Shown piece by piece: positions 1 through 10,459 of a stretch of DNA of 64,000 bases (positions are counted from its first letter, which is position 1; each line of letters opens with the position of its first letter). The position numbers and the translations under genes are program-made. The stretch is from Chitinivibrionales bacterium (lineage in GTDB: Bacteria; Fibrobacterota; Chitinivibrionia; Chitinivibrionales; FEN-1185): NCBI GenBank assembly GCA_035516255.1, contig DATJAL010000018.1, positions 22,992-86,991 of the forward strand. The letters are read 5' to 3'. The notes under the pieces were generated by a model. It worked only from the letters and a program-made list of their open reading frames with translations, did no database searches and had not been told where the DNA came from.

Positions 1-2
1 TT

Positions 3-1019
3 ATCAGCTTATTCAATCCGGCGTTCATTACTTCGCGTAAAGATAACTGGCAAAGCATGAACAGCCTTCCAGGCGTATCCCTTAACAATCAGACCTATAA
101 ATGGCCTGGAGCGGAGCTTTTTGCCGCCCAGGCCCGGGTGATTAACGGGACATTTGAGCAGCGCATCCTAATTCCAAAAAGCGTGACCTTGGATCAGAAC
201 GGGGCCAATCTTACGGCATATGCATGGAACGGGCCGACCATTGCAATGGGAGATAAAAAGGATTTTATTTTTCACGGATTCGGTCAATTACCTGTCAACG
301 ACACCACGGGGCCCACCATTTCGGTTCGGCCGGTGTATAGCAGCGGGTCGGCCGTCACCGACGCTTCGGCAAGCAAGGGCGCATCTTCCACCGACCGGAT
401 AATAGGCCCGCTCCCGTTGACTCTGGAAATCATGCTGTTTGATTCAAACGGCATCGACATCGTATCCACCGGCCCTGACGAAGGCATCACCTTTGAAGTA
501 CCTGGCGTGGTGGCGCGTACAAATATTAACTATAAATTCCAATTCGACCAAGGTGAATTCCGCAAGGGGGAGGCGAACTGGACATTCAACGACGGCGCGA
601 TATCGCCGGGCACCTATACCCTGAAGCTGAGCGCGCGGGACTTGCTGGGCAACGTTTCGAGGAAGAGCATCACCATAGAAATATCCGCGCCGCAGGAACT
701 GGCCCTGTATCACGTGTTTAATTACCCCAACCCGATGCGGATGGGCGAGTCGTGCAGGTTTTATTTCGACCTTTCACAGACAACCAGTCAATCGGCAGAC
801 GACAGGGTAAAGGTGTCCATACGGCTTTTTACGTTGTCGGGCCGTCTTGTGCGCGTTTTCAACGATATACAGCGCGGGGAGCTTTTTGACGGGAAAGACA
901 ATTTTAACAACCCGTTGTCGCCCGGCGTCTACCTGTACCAGATGATCGCTGTGGACAAGGTGCAGCAGAAAGTGGTGAAAAGCAAGATAGAAAAATTGGC
1001 GATCAATCCGCCGAGATAA
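3..1019 (+). CDS. 3' part of a secreted protein ending in a T9SS-type C-terminal sorting domain; 5' end outside window
   Basis: I translated nt 3-56 in the frame of the listed ATG (57) and found no stop, so the gene probably begins upstream of the window. The last ~100 aa (YPNPMRMGESCRFYF...LSGRLVRVF...SPGVYLYQMIAVD...KIEKLAINPPR) follow the CTD pattern shared by 7 other proteins here. Confidence 0.7.
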   Translation: MSLFNPAFITSRKDNWQSMNSLPGVSLNNQTYKWPGAELFAAQARVINGTFEQRILIPKSVTLDQNGANLTAYAWNGPTIAMGDKKDFIFHGFGQLPVNDTTGPTISVRPVYSSGSAVTDASASKGASSTDRIIGPLPLTLEIMLFDSNGIDIVSTGPDEGITFEVPGVVARTNINYKFQFDQGEFRKGEANWTFNDGAISPGTYTLKLSARDLLGNVSRKSITIEISAPQELALYHVFNYPNPMRMGESCRFYFDLSQTTSQSADDRVKVSIRLFTLSGRLVRVFNDIQRGELFDGKDNFNNPLSPGVYLYQMIAVDKVQQKVVKSKIEKLAINPPR

Positions 1020-1509
1020 AAAGATAGTCATGAACGGATTTTTGGAGTGTTTGCTGGTTTCGCGGTGGTTAAGATATTTATTTATTTAATTTAGAATCAA
1101 TGAATTCTTGCTTTATCAAGAGCGCATGACATATCTTTCAAATAAGTCAAGTAACTTCTATTAACGTTTCATAATGTCGGGATTTTTCAAGCAGCCAACT
1201 TCCTTTTTTACCTTCCAATTCTTCCTGTCTTTATCAAGTAAAACGTAATTGGTAAAAAGGAAATACGAGTTCTTTGACATTGGTCGGTGCGGCAATAACG
1301 TCAATGCCGTCGTTTTTAATGGATTGAAAGGAGGAAATTAGTATATAGAAAAAAGCAATGAAATTTTAGTAATTAACGAGGTGATATTGAAAAACGTAAG
1401 AAAACTACAAAGATGTTAAGCACAAACAAGAAAGTAAAAATGCGACAACTTGGATCAGACACCTTGAAGCGCAAGAACCAATTATTAAACCTTATGGAGT
1501 CATTTTATT

Positions 1510-2385
1510 ATGGATTTAGCACCAATAGTAATTACAGCTTCAGCTATAATTATCATTTTGCAGATTGTTTCAATAATTTTGATTGTGACAAACAAGAAGA
1601 AAGCGGTCGCGAAGCCCGATTCAGGGGTGAATCCTGTGAATAACGATAACCGGGACTTCAGGAAGAGACACGACGAAAACCGCTTCAGTAAAAAACCTGT
1701 TTTTGAACAGAGGCCAAAGCCTTTCACTCCACCGCAGGCCCCGGCCGTTGATCACGTGGAGAAATCCCTGCGGGACATTAATCTCAAGCTTAAAAACGCT
1801 GAGCGCGACCAAGAGAACGCTCGCAGGAAAATTAGGGACGTCATTCAGAATCCCCAGAACCAGGATTCCCAGAGACGGATTGACCAGAACAGCGGCAGGC
1901 CCAATAGGGGAAGAGAAGACGATTTTAGGAGACGGGACAGACACGGAAGGCATCATGGCGGCCATTTCAGGGACCGGGACCAGAACAGGGGCCAGGAGAA
2001 TTCCAGGCCGCAGGGTGAGCCGGTTTCCGGCCAGGGAACCGCACCGGGCGTCGCCGCAGATGCTGTCAGGCCGCCGCAAAATCCTGCGGTAATCCTGCCT
2101 TCAATTGAAAAAGAACCCATTGCCGTTGTTCCGGAAAATACCGAGATCCTGCACGGCAGAAAAGTGCTTGTACGCCGGAGGATTTTAACCGAAGAAGAAC
2201 AGGCGCAGGCGGCGAAGAGTGGTCAGGCGGGCGCAGATTCCCAGCAGTCAAGCCAACCGGTTATCGGTGAAGTTAGCATGCCCCAAGGTGAAAATGCGGG
2301 CAAGGAACGCTCTTCGGAACCAACGGCGCCGCAGGCGGCGGCTGAACCGGAAAGCGAAGTTCAGAGCATCAATTTCGGGAGATAA
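1510..2385 (+). CDS. membrane-anchored low-complexity (R/D/Q/N/E/P-rich) protein, function unknown
   Basis: GGAG at 1495-1498 lies upstream of the ATG. There is a single N-terminal hydrophobic helix (LAPIVITASAIIIILQIVSIILIV), then ~260 aa of charged, probably disordered sequence. No domain recognised. Confidence 0.5.
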   Translation: MDLAPIVITASAIIIILQIVSIILIVTNKKKAVAKPDSGVNPVNNDNRDFRKRHDENRFSKKPVFEQRPKPFTPPQAPAVDHVEKSLRDINLKLKNAERDQENARRKIRDVIQNPQNQDSQRRIDQNSGRPNRGREDDFRRRDRHGRHHGGHFRDRDQNRGQENSRPQGEPVSGQGTAPGVAADAVRPPQNPAVILPSIEKEPIAVVPENTEILHGRKVLVRRRILTEEEQAQAAKSGQAGADSQQSSQPVIGEVSMPQGENAGKERSSEPTAPQAAAEPESEVQSINFGR

Positions 2386-2493
2386 TAAGCAGTAATAGCA
2401 TTTGATCGATGGGTTGACAGGCCGGAGAAAATTTCCGGCCTTTTTTATTGGAAAAATGCTCAAAAAATCGGGTCACCCAACATTCAATCTAAA

Positions 2494-3702
2494 ATGGCAA
2501 TTTATCATTTTGGAAAGTATTTTCGTAATAGAGATATGATTGTTTACAAGCCGATCGCGAAAACCACCTATGATGTCTGCATCATCCACCTTGCCGATGC
2601 CCGGTTTTATCCTTTTTTTCACCGGCAGGCGCAGGCGCTCACTGAAAACGGGTATAAGGTGGCGCTGGTGTCATGGGAACGGAATCCAGGCGAGGCGGAC
2701 CCCCAATGGCCCGGCATCGACGTATATCCGATCTGCATACGTTCGGATTCGATTCGCGGAAAATGGTATTTTATACGATATTTTTTTTCGCTCACAGTTG
2801 TTTTATGCCGTTTAAAGGCGAGGCTGTACGAGGCCGTTGACCCTTTGGCCCTCCTTCCTGCGCGGCTTGCGGCACGGCGCCAAAAAAGCAGGTACAATTA
2901 TTTTTCCCTTGAATATTTCCAGGGCATTGAACAGCTTGTTGCCAAGCCAATCATGCGCTTGATCTGGCGATCGGTTGAGCGTTTCGGTGTGGCAAGGGCG
3001 CGCAATGTCGCAGCGGTCTGCAAAACGACGGAACAGCTCCTCAGGCGGGACTTCGGCCTGCTCAGGACCTCGGTGGTGCTCAATGTTCCAGCCCGCCTCG
3101 ACTATGCTGCTGCGGCGGACGGCCGGCTGCGCAGGCGCATCGGCATTCCCCCGCAAACGCCGCTGGTGATTTACAAAGGCGAGATATCGGAGAACCGGGG
3201 GCTTCTGCCCTTTATCGCCGCCATGGACCAGTTTGAGCCACTGCATTTCGTTCTGGTGGGCGGCGGCATCTACCAGGAAAGGCTCGGCCGTGAAGCAAAA
3301 CAACGGGGCCTTGACAAAAGAATTCATTTTATCAATCCGGTGCCAAGCAACGAGTTCGTCCATTACCTTAAGGATGCCAACGCCGGCCACGCCATCCACG
3401 AAGCCGTAGGCGTCAACATGACCATCACGCTTCCGAGCAAGCTGTTCGACTACATCAACGCGGGCATTCCGGTGTTCACGGGCGACGGACCCGAGATGTC
3501 GCGCATCGTCAAGGAATGGGACGTTGGATGGGTGGTTTCCGGGGCGGACGTCGAAAGCATCAGGCAGGCGATCAAGAAGTTTTTGCTTTCGCTTTCCGAC
3601 GCAGAAAAATTCCGGAAAAACTGCGCGAGGGCCGCCCAGAAATATTGCTGGGAAAACGAAAAAAAGTCATATCTGCAATTCATTGAAGAGGCAATGGGAT
3701 AG
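2494..3702 (+). CDS. glycosyltransferase, GT-B fold (GT4/GT1-like)
   Basis: The C-terminal half carries a typical GT4 region (LVGGGIYQERLG...RIHFINPVPSNEF...ITLPSKLFDYINAGIPVFTGD). An alternative start ATG at 2536 is possible. Confidence 0.8.
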   Translation: MAIYHFGKYFRNRDMIVYKPIAKTTYDVCIIHLADARFYPFFHRQAQALTENGYKVALVSWERNPGEADPQWPGIDVYPICIRSDSIRGKWYFIRYFFSLTVVLCRLKARLYEAVDPLALLPARLAARRQKSRYNYFSLEYFQGIEQLVAKPIMRLIWRSVERFGVARARNVAAVCKTTEQLLRRDFGLLRTSVVLNVPARLDYAAAADGRLRRRIGIPPQTPLVIYKGEISENRGLLPFIAAMDQFEPLHFVLVGGGIYQERLGREAKQRGLDKRIHFINPVPSNEFVHYLKDANAGHAIHEAVGVNMTITLPSKLFDYINAGIPVFTGDGPEMSRIVKEWDVGWVVSGADVESIRQAIKKFLLSLSDAEKFRKNCARAAQKYCWENEKKSYLQFIEEAMG

Positions 3703-3710
3703 GAATTGCC

Positions 3711-4811
3711 GTGAAAAGCCTTCACTTCTCCTTTTTCAATACGGTGAACGTCCCGTTGACGTTCTGTAAAGTCTATGAGGCGATGGGGCACGGCGCAAGG
3801 CTGTTGACCGTTTACAAGCACCGCGGCGCCATCCCGGAAGACATCTGCCTCAATAAAAAGCTTTTTGATCCGTGGTGGCTGCATCAGCTGCGGGGCAAGC
3901 GGGAAAAAACGGCTGAAAAATTAATTGCGAAGGAGGCCGAACGCGGCGCACTTCATGAATATAAACCCGCCACGGTCCTTGAGAGCGTTTATGTTGCGCT
4001 GCGCGACAATTGGCGGGCCCTGGAATTCGGCGGGCTGGCGAAACGGTATGATCTATTCGGGTTTGACATTTACCATTTCCACGGCGGCATTGATTTTTTC
4101 CGTGATTCCCGCTGGGCAAGAAAGCTTGCCGTAATGGGCAAACCCATTGTCTGTCACTATCACGGCCCCGACATGCGCACCCGCGGCATCGTCCGGGCGG
4201 TCGATGACGTCAGCGGCCTCAACCTCACCAGCGAATTCGACCTTCTTGGCTTGCATCCCCGCCTGAAGTACCTTGCCATTCCCTTTGATTGTTCGAACCT
4301 GCCGTCAAAGACCAGCCTGGGAAAAAGAATCCGCATCATCCATACACCGTCGAATCCGGCCGCAAAGGGAACGCATCTCATCGAGCCGGTGCTTGCGCGG
4401 CTCGCAGCCGAGCGCGGCATAGAATACGCGATTGTCACCGGCGCGAGCCGCCAGCGGGTGATTGAGGAAAAGATGCGTTCGCATATCGCCATAGAGCAAA
4501 TCGGCAATTTCGGCGGTACCGGTTACGGCGTCAATTCGCTCGAGACCCTTGCCATGGGCATGCCCACCGTGACCGAATTCACGCCGGAGTACGCGGCTTT
4601 TCTCACCGGCCATCCCTTTGTGCTTGCCGACCGGCGCTCGCTGTTCGAGGTGCTCGTAAAACTGATTGACGATGAGGAATACCGGACCACAGTGGGATCA
4701 AAAGGCAGGAGATGGGTGGAGGAACATCATTCATTTTCCGCGGTATGGCAAACTATGCTGGAATATATGGACAAGGAACTCCCTGAAGTCGCGAAACGGC
4801 TCCGAACCTGA
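3711..4811 (+). CDS. putative glycosyltransferase (GT-B-like)
   Basis: GTG start 9 nt after the previous stop. Region IHTPSNPAAKGTHLIEPVLARL...GYGVNSLETLAMGMPTVTEF resembles the donor-binding half of GT1/GT4 enzymes. Weaker match than the upstream gene. Confidence 0.6.
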   Translation: MKSLHFSFFNTVNVPLTFCKVYEAMGHGARLLTVYKHRGAIPEDICLNKKLFDPWWLHQLRGKREKTAEKLIAKEAERGALHEYKPATVLESVYVALRDNWRALEFGGLAKRYDLFGFDIYHFHGGIDFFRDSRWARKLAVMGKPIVCHYHGPDMRTRGIVRAVDDVSGLNLTSEFDLLGLHPRLKYLAIPFDCSNLPSKTSLGKRIRIIHTPSNPAAKGTHLIEPVLARLAAERGIEYAIVTGASRQRVIEEKMRSHIAIEQIGNFGGTGYGVNSLETLAMGMPTVTEFTPEYAAFLTGHPFVLADRRSLFEVLVKLIDDEEYRTTVGSKGRRWVEEHHSFSAVWQTMLEYMDKELPEVAKRLRT

Positions 4812-4877
4812 TCACGCCTGGCAAACGGGTCTTATTTCCTCTTTTAAATCCGCGTACTTGGGAGCGGCGTAATCCTG

Positions 4878-7172
4878 CTAAGGAATCACCAAAAATTTGC
4901 CCCTACAGCTTTTGCCGTTGGCCGCAGCGGCCTGATAGAAATAGGTGCCGGGAATAATAATGCTGCCGGCATTGTTGGTTCCGTCCCAGATGATGATGGA
5001 TGTATTTTGATCCGAAAGGACGCGGACAAGCGTGCCTGACGCGTCATAGATGCGTACGCGCGGCGCAAGCGGGTTCAAAGCGGTAAACTTGATGGTATGT
5101 CTGTTCTTCAGCGTGGTGCGCGACACGGGGTTGGGAAACACGGTGACGCTCGAACCCGAGGCGCCGGGCGCAAGCGGGCCGCTGCCCGTTTCGAGCCGGT
5201 ACAGCCCTATGTCGCTGGCGATCCAGAAGGCGTTCTTGTTCTTGTCCAGGTAAATCCATTTGACGGCGGCGGTAAAGCAACCGCAGTTGGTGAGGTTGGT
5301 GAGGGTGGAATCAGGATCACTGTATGAGTAGATATCGTTGTCCTTGCAGAAAACAGGCTTTCCGTCCATTCCCAAGGTAATAGCGGAGAACAAGCTGCTG
5401 GAAGTGATCTTGTCGATTTTTGTCAAGTTCGATGTTTTATTATTAGTCACATGGTAGATGCCGTCCTCCGCAGAGATCCAGACAAGGGTATCGTTTGCCA
5501 CTGCAAATCCCTGGATCATGATGCTCGTGCCCGAAGAGCTCTTCCCGAAGTGATCGGTTGTTATCTGGGTGGACGGAGACGTCGGGTCATCTGAGGAATT
5601 ATAACTTAGGATGGTCATGCCGCCGCCGGTAAAATCTTCTTTTTTATTATATCCCAGATAAATGTATTGTTTGTTTTCCTGTTTGTTCCTATTGGCTGCG
5701 ACAAGGCCTGTATAGCTTGTCCAGAATCCGAGGCTGCTGTCGGCAAGATTGAAGGACCGCCAAATACTATTGTCGCGAGGCTTACGGACATGAAGGATAT
5801 TACCATTGTAAGCCTTTTGGTTTGCAATCCATATATTGCCCAGGGAATCCTCGCATGTGCCGGAGATAAGGCTCCAATACGACGTAACGATACCGTTAGG
5901 ATCGAGAACATTGGCATATCGCGCAATGGGAGTGAGAACGCCCCGGTTCGGATCGGCTGAGTCCTGGTAGGAAGCCCACGTGTTTTGGGAACGGTCATAC
6001 CATTTGACCCCGTCGGCAAACGTGCCGACCCAGAGGTCGTTTTTTGAAGTGACCGTTATTGAGTTTTTATACTGGGGCGGACAGGCCTCCAACCTGCCGA
6101 TGCTAGGGGTGTTGTCCATGGTGACGGCGTTCCACGTTTTTCCGTCAAAACCGCCTATCCCGTTTGTCAAGTCGCTCGGCACATACCACAGCATGCCGTT
6201 CTGGTCAACAGCGCACGCGTTAATGACGGAAGCGACAGGGCCGCTGATGGCGTTATTGACGACCTCGCCGGTGGCGGTGTTCAGAAGAAAAAAATAGGAA
6301 TACTGCGTCCCCACGACCACCCATGGCCCGGTGAAGGGCTCCACACACGTGACCGGGGAAGGAAACTGGTGAGCAAGGCCGCTGTTGGCAAAGAGCCGTC
6401 CGCTTGGAAGATAATAGGGCTTGCCGCCAATCACCACCGTGTCTACGCCGCCGTATTGCCAGGTGGTAGCGCCGATTTGTGATATTTTCTCGTTTGCAAA
6501 CACCAAGGTGTCGGCCTGTTTGATGATACCAAGAATGCCGCTGCCGGAATTGCAGGTCCAGATGGAGGGATCGGAAAAGTTCGCCGTTTTGATGTCCGGG
6601 ATGACGGCGGTGGCGACCCCATCTGTTGACACGATTGCAATGGTGTCGCCGAATACATGGATAGCGGAAACGTCGGTGCTCGAAAACGAGCCGAATTTCT
6701 TGACATTTTGAAAATTTTTCTGCGTGAGGGAAAAAACGCTGAGCCCCTTGGATGTCCCGATGAAAAGGCTGTTGCCGGACCTGAATATACATTCGATGTT
6801 CCATCCCGTCGCCTGCAGCGCGTTGAATGAGGTGAAGGCGCCGGTCTGGGGATGGAGGTTGACAAGGTACCCGTCGGCGCTGCCGAACCACAGGTCACCG
6901 GATGCGTCTTTTTCCCCAGCGGTAAGGTTGAGGTCGGGAAGATCGGACATCTCGGTGTACGTTTTCATGGTTTTGCTTGATTTATCGTAACGGACGACGC
7001 CTCCCGACGTCGCCAGCCACAGCACGCTGCCGCCGTCAATAATCGCATTGACCGCTTTGAAAGAGGCGAATTGCTTGAGAATGATACCGGAATGGCCGGG
7101 GGTGACGGCACACATCACCACCCCAATGCATAGGGCTCTTAGAGAGGTCCGTAATGGCCAGTTTTTTTTCAT
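4878..7172 (-). CDS. secreted beta-propeller repeat protein with T9SS-type CTD
   Basis: Signal peptide (LRALCIGVVMCAVTPGHSG). Recurring blades (LWFGSADGYL, LWVGTFADGVKWYD, FWIASDIGLYRLE) resemble two-component-regulator propeller (Reg_prop) repeats. C-terminus VFPNPV...IYDASGTLVRVL...WDGTNNAG...GTYFYQA...GKFLVIP. Confidence 0.75.
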   Translation of the reverse strand: MKKNWPLRTSLRALCIGVVMCAVTPGHSGIILKQFASFKAVNAIIDGGSVLWLATSGGVVRYDKSSKTMKTYTEMSDLPDLNLTAGEKDASGDLWFGSADGYLVNLHPQTGAFTSFNALQATGWNIECIFRSGNSLFIGTSKGLSVFSLTQKNFQNVKKFGSFSSTDVSAIHVFGDTIAIVSTDGVATAVIPDIKTANFSDPSIWTCNSGSGILGIIKQADTLVFANEKISQIGATTWQYGGVDTVVIGGKPYYLPSGRLFANSGLAHQFPSPVTCVEPFTGPWVVVGTQYSYFFLLNTATGEVVNNAISGPVASVINACAVDQNGMLWYVPSDLTNGIGGFDGKTWNAVTMDNTPSIGRLEACPPQYKNSITVTSKNDLWVGTFADGVKWYDRSQNTWASYQDSADPNRGVLTPIARYANVLDPNGIVTSYWSLISGTCEDSLGNIWIANQKAYNGNILHVRKPRDNSIWRSFNLADSSLGFWTSYTGLVAANRNKQENKQYIYLGYNKKEDFTGGGMTILSYNSSDDPTSPSTQITTDHFGKSSSGTSIMIQGFAVANDTLVWISAEDGIYHVTNNKTSNLTKIDKITSSSLFSAITLGMDGKPVFCKDNDIYSYSDPDSTLTNLTNCGCFTAAVKWIYLDKNKNAFWIASDIGLYRLETGSGPLAPGASGSSVTVFPNPVSRTTLKNRHTIKFTALNPLAPRVRIYDASGTLVRVLSDQNTSIIIWDGTNNAGSIIIPGTYFYQAAAANGKSCRGKFLVIP

Positions 7173-7432
7173 GAAGCTGTTTAAAATGTGTAAAGGGAAG
7201 TCACCCTATTAAAGAAACGATAAATTAATTTGTGCTCTCCCCTAAAAGGAATTCAATACCTCGGATTTGCTTGTTAACCACAAGGATTACTACGTTTAAG
7301 AAAAACCTTTTGGTGTTTATTTTTATAAATTATTGAAAAAACGGCAGGTGAATTCATAAAAAATCCTGCTTTAACCTCATTTCGATAGTATTATATTCAT
7401 AGACCTTGTCAACAAGCCAAAGAGCTGCTGTC

Positions 7433-10402
7433 ATGAGAGTTTTATACCGTTGCGTCTTTTTTACCCTGGTCATTTCGCTGATTGCCGGTGGTTTACACTG
7501 CACTAATCCGGAGAACGACAGGGACAGAAAACCGCGCCTGCTTATTTCCGCGGACACCACGGTTTCTGTCAAAGACACCATTCGCCTCCATGTGCGAGTT
7601 TGGGCAGATGGCGGCCAGGCAGTTTTTTTCAAATGGCGGCTGGACGGCAGCGCCGTTCTCCGCGACACGGACAGCGTTTGTGTTTTGTATTTTGGCATTC
7701 AGGACACCGGGAAACATTCGATAACCGTCACCGGCTACAGCGACCGCGGCGTATCATCTGATCCGGTGACGGTCCAAGTCACCGTCTTGCTGAACCCGCC
7801 AACGCTTTTTCTGCTTACCCGCGATACCGTCATTTTCGCGAATGATTCCCTGGCTATCCGCGCGTCCGCCTCGGATAAAAATGGCAGTGTCGTTCGCTAC
7901 CTGTGGTCGGTCGACACCACAGGATACACCCTTGCCACGGATTCGGCGACGCTTATGGTCGGATGGGGCGAACAGGGCGGCGTGCATGTAGTGCGTGCAA
8001 AAGCCATGGACGACGACAGCATCCTGTCGCCGCCGGAGTCTGTGCTAGTGACGGTGCGCGTGACGCCGCCAGCCATACGGGCAATGCCGGACACCGCAGT
8101 GGCCATCAATGACACCTTGCGTATTATGGCGGAAAGGACCGACACCTTTGCCACCATAGTGCGATATGTGTGGGCCAAGAACGGCCGGGATTTTCTTGAC
8201 ACAACAGCCACCGGTACGTTCCCCGTCGTTTTCGACAGGCTTTCGGCTGGCAGCAGGCAGGTGCTCGTGAAGGCCGTAGACAACCGGCGGCTCGTATCGA
8301 ATGTCGATACGGTCCGGATAACGGTTCATCTGTACCGCCCGCTTGTCACGATTATTCACGACACTGCGGTTGCGATCAACGACACCATCATTCTGCATGC
8401 CACAGGGTCGGATACCAACGGCCGTATCGTGTCGTACGTATGGTTCCGGAGCGGCAGCGCGTTTCTCGACACGACCAAGTCGGGAGACCTATCGTTGCAT
8501 TTCACCAGGGCAGACACGGGCTTGCAGGTTATAAAGGTAATTGCCGTTGACGACGACACGCTCCAGTCGGCCCCGGATTCGGTCCGGCTTACCATACGCA
8601 TGAAACTGCCGCCCTCGGTCAAGTGCATGAAAGACACCTCGGTGTTCATCAACGATACCGTAATGGTGCATGCCACAGGTTCGGAGAGTGCGAGCAAGAG
8701 CCCCATCGTTTTCTATGTGTGGGCAAAGGACAGCGGTCCGTTCGGCGACACGACAACAGCATCGAGCCTCGCGCTCCGTTTTCCCCGGAACAGCGTGGGA
8801 AAGCACACGGTCAAGGTGAAGGCCGTGGACCGGGACACCCTGGAATCGCCCGCCGATTCCGTGGTCATCACCGTGGCGCTCGGCCCGCCCAAGGTGCGCG
8901 TCATGCAGGATACAGTTGTTTTTATCAACGACACGGTGTTCCTGCACGCCGCGGGCACAGACACGAACGGCAGGGTGGTTGCGTATGCATGGGCGCTTGA
9001 CGGGGCGGCATTCAGCGACACGACCGTCGCCGGCGTACTGAAAGCGGTGTGGGGAAAAGCGGGCGTCGGGAGGCACCAGGTGAAGGTGATCGCCATCGAC
9101 GACGATACGCTCGCGTCGCCGCCCGATTCCATGACCGTCACCGTGCGGCTCGGCATGCCTGTTGTCAAGCACAAGGCCGACACCTCCGTGGTGCGCGGCG
9201 ACACGGTGATGGCCACCATTGTCGCGAGCGATACCAACGGCACGATCAAAAAATATTACTGGGGCACCGGCGGAAAAGAATGGACCGACAGCAGCGACTC
9301 TCCTTCTCACCCCATCACCACGGCCGTGCATTCGGTCGTGACCGTTGCTTTCGGCGCGCGCGACGACGACGGGAACATCGCCACGGACTCGTTCAGGATT
9401 TCTTTTACGGCGGTCGCCTGCAGCATTTCGCTGACGCGCCCCCTATGGCGCGATACGTTGAACTTGTACAGCGCTGATCTGCCCCTTGGAAAGGCCGATT
9501 TTGTATTTTCGGCGCGGCGCAAGGACGCCGTTCCGGCCACCTTTACCTATGATATTTCGTGCGGAAAATCCGCAGCTGAGCTGGTCTCACGTTATTCCGG
9601 AAACGACACCGCGGTCATGGTGCCGGCGTTCGACACGGGCAGGAGTTATTTCAGGATCATTGCCGTGAGCTCGCACAACGACAGCGCACAGATCCTGGAT
9701 TCGGTCGTCGGCGTATGGCAGCGGCAGCTCTGCTTCATCGGCCATTCCATAGTCACGGGCATGTTGGGCAGCCCTGATTCCGGCGGTTTCCGGCGCATGG
9801 TCATTGACACGCTACGAAGTCTTTGTCCGTCAAAAAAATTGCTGCGGATTGTCGGCCCGTTGTGTTCCCACCTGCTTCAGCCGCCCGAGGACGATTCCTC
9901 CCTTGCCGAAGGTGGAAGAAAGGCCGTTGATATTTTTGATTCCCTGTTCAATCATCCGTCTTTAAACGCTGACGCATGGGTGTACATGATGGGCGCCAAC
10001 GATGGGTATTCCTATTACGGATGGTATTACACAATGTCCACAATAGATTTCATGCACGCCAGAAACCCCAAGGGTGAAATTTACGTGCTGAACAACCTTC
10101 CCATGCCGCATGACACGACGGACGGCGTTTACACCATAGATTCGGTGTTCCGCCAGAACCTCAATACTTTCAACCGCATGCTCGATTCGGTCGTCACCGA
10201 TCGGCGCCAGACCTGGCTGGGAAGTCAAGAGGGGGGTGTGTGGCTGGTGGATGTGTTTACGCCCATGTCGATGCTGCCGGCGGATTCGGTGTACAACCCA
10301 GTTTACTTCTCGGATTTCTTCCATCCGAACCAGAAGGGGTACGACCTGATGGGGACAAAGATTACGCAGGTGATAAGGGCGAATACGAGGATATTTAAAT
10401 GA
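7433..10402 (+). CDS. exported protein with 7 PKD/Ig-like repeats and a C-terminal SGNH/GDSL-type hydrolase domain
   Basis: The track ORF starts at TTG 7406; ATG 7433 gives a cleaner signal peptide (MRVLYRCVFFTLVISLIAGGLHC). There are seven ~90-aa repeats. The C-terminus carries SGNH blocks: FIGHSIVTG (block I-like), MMGANDG (block III) and DFFHPNQKGY (block V, DxxH). Confidence 0.75.
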   Translation: MRVLYRCVFFTLVISLIAGGLHCTNPENDRDRKPRLLISADTTVSVKDTIRLHVRVWADGGQAVFFKWRLDGSAVLRDTDSVCVLYFGIQDTGKHSITVTGYSDRGVSSDPVTVQVTVLLNPPTLFLLTRDTVIFANDSLAIRASASDKNGSVVRYLWSVDTTGYTLATDSATLMVGWGEQGGVHVVRAKAMDDDSILSPPESVLVTVRVTPPAIRAMPDTAVAINDTLRIMAERTDTFATIVRYVWAKNGRDFLDTTATGTFPVVFDRLSAGSRQVLVKAVDNRRLVSNVDTVRITVHLYRPLVTIIHDTAVAINDTIILHATGSDTNGRIVSYVWFRSGSAFLDTTKSGDLSLHFTRADTGLQVIKVIAVDDDTLQSAPDSVRLTIRMKLPPSVKCMKDTSVFINDTVMVHATGSESASKSPIVFYVWAKDSGPFGDTTTASSLALRFPRNSVGKHTVKVKAVDRDTLESPADSVVITVALGPPKVRVMQDTVVFINDTVFLHAAGTDTNGRVVAYAWALDGAAFSDTTVAGVLKAVWGKAGVGRHQVKVIAIDDDTLASPPDSMTVTVRLGMPVVKHKADTSVVRGDTVMATIVASDTNGTIKKYYWGTGGKEWTDSSDSPSHPITTAVHSVVTVAFGARDDDGNIATDSFRISFTAVACSISLTRPLWRDTLNLYSADLPLGKADFVFSARRKDAVPATFTYDISCGKSAAELVSRYSGNDTAVMVPAFDTGRSYFRIIAVSSHNDSAQILDSVVGVWQRQLCFIGHSIVTGMLGSPDSGGFRRMVIDTLRSLCPSKKLLRIVGPLCSHLLQPPEDDSSLAEGGRKAVDIFDSLFNHPSLNADAWVYMMGANDGYSYYGWYYTMSTIDFMHARNPKGEIYVLNNLPMPHDTTDGVYTIDSVFRQNLNTFNRMLDSVVTDRRQTWLGSQEGGVWLVDVFTPMSMLPADSVYNPVYFSDFFHPNQKGYDLMGTKITQVIRANTRIFK
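7550..9410 (+). repeat. 7 tandem coding repeats (~270-290 bp, PKD/Ig-like units)
   Basis: Recurrent unit DT(A/S/V)V.INDT....A.G.D.NG.IV.Y.W.....F.DTT.......V.VKA.D.D...S..DSV.ITV, read seven times in the translation. Confidence 0.7.
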
Positions 10403-10459
10403 GATGAGAGACGGTCGTGATCCATGGCGATAGACCCAATAACTCATTCATCAGCATTT

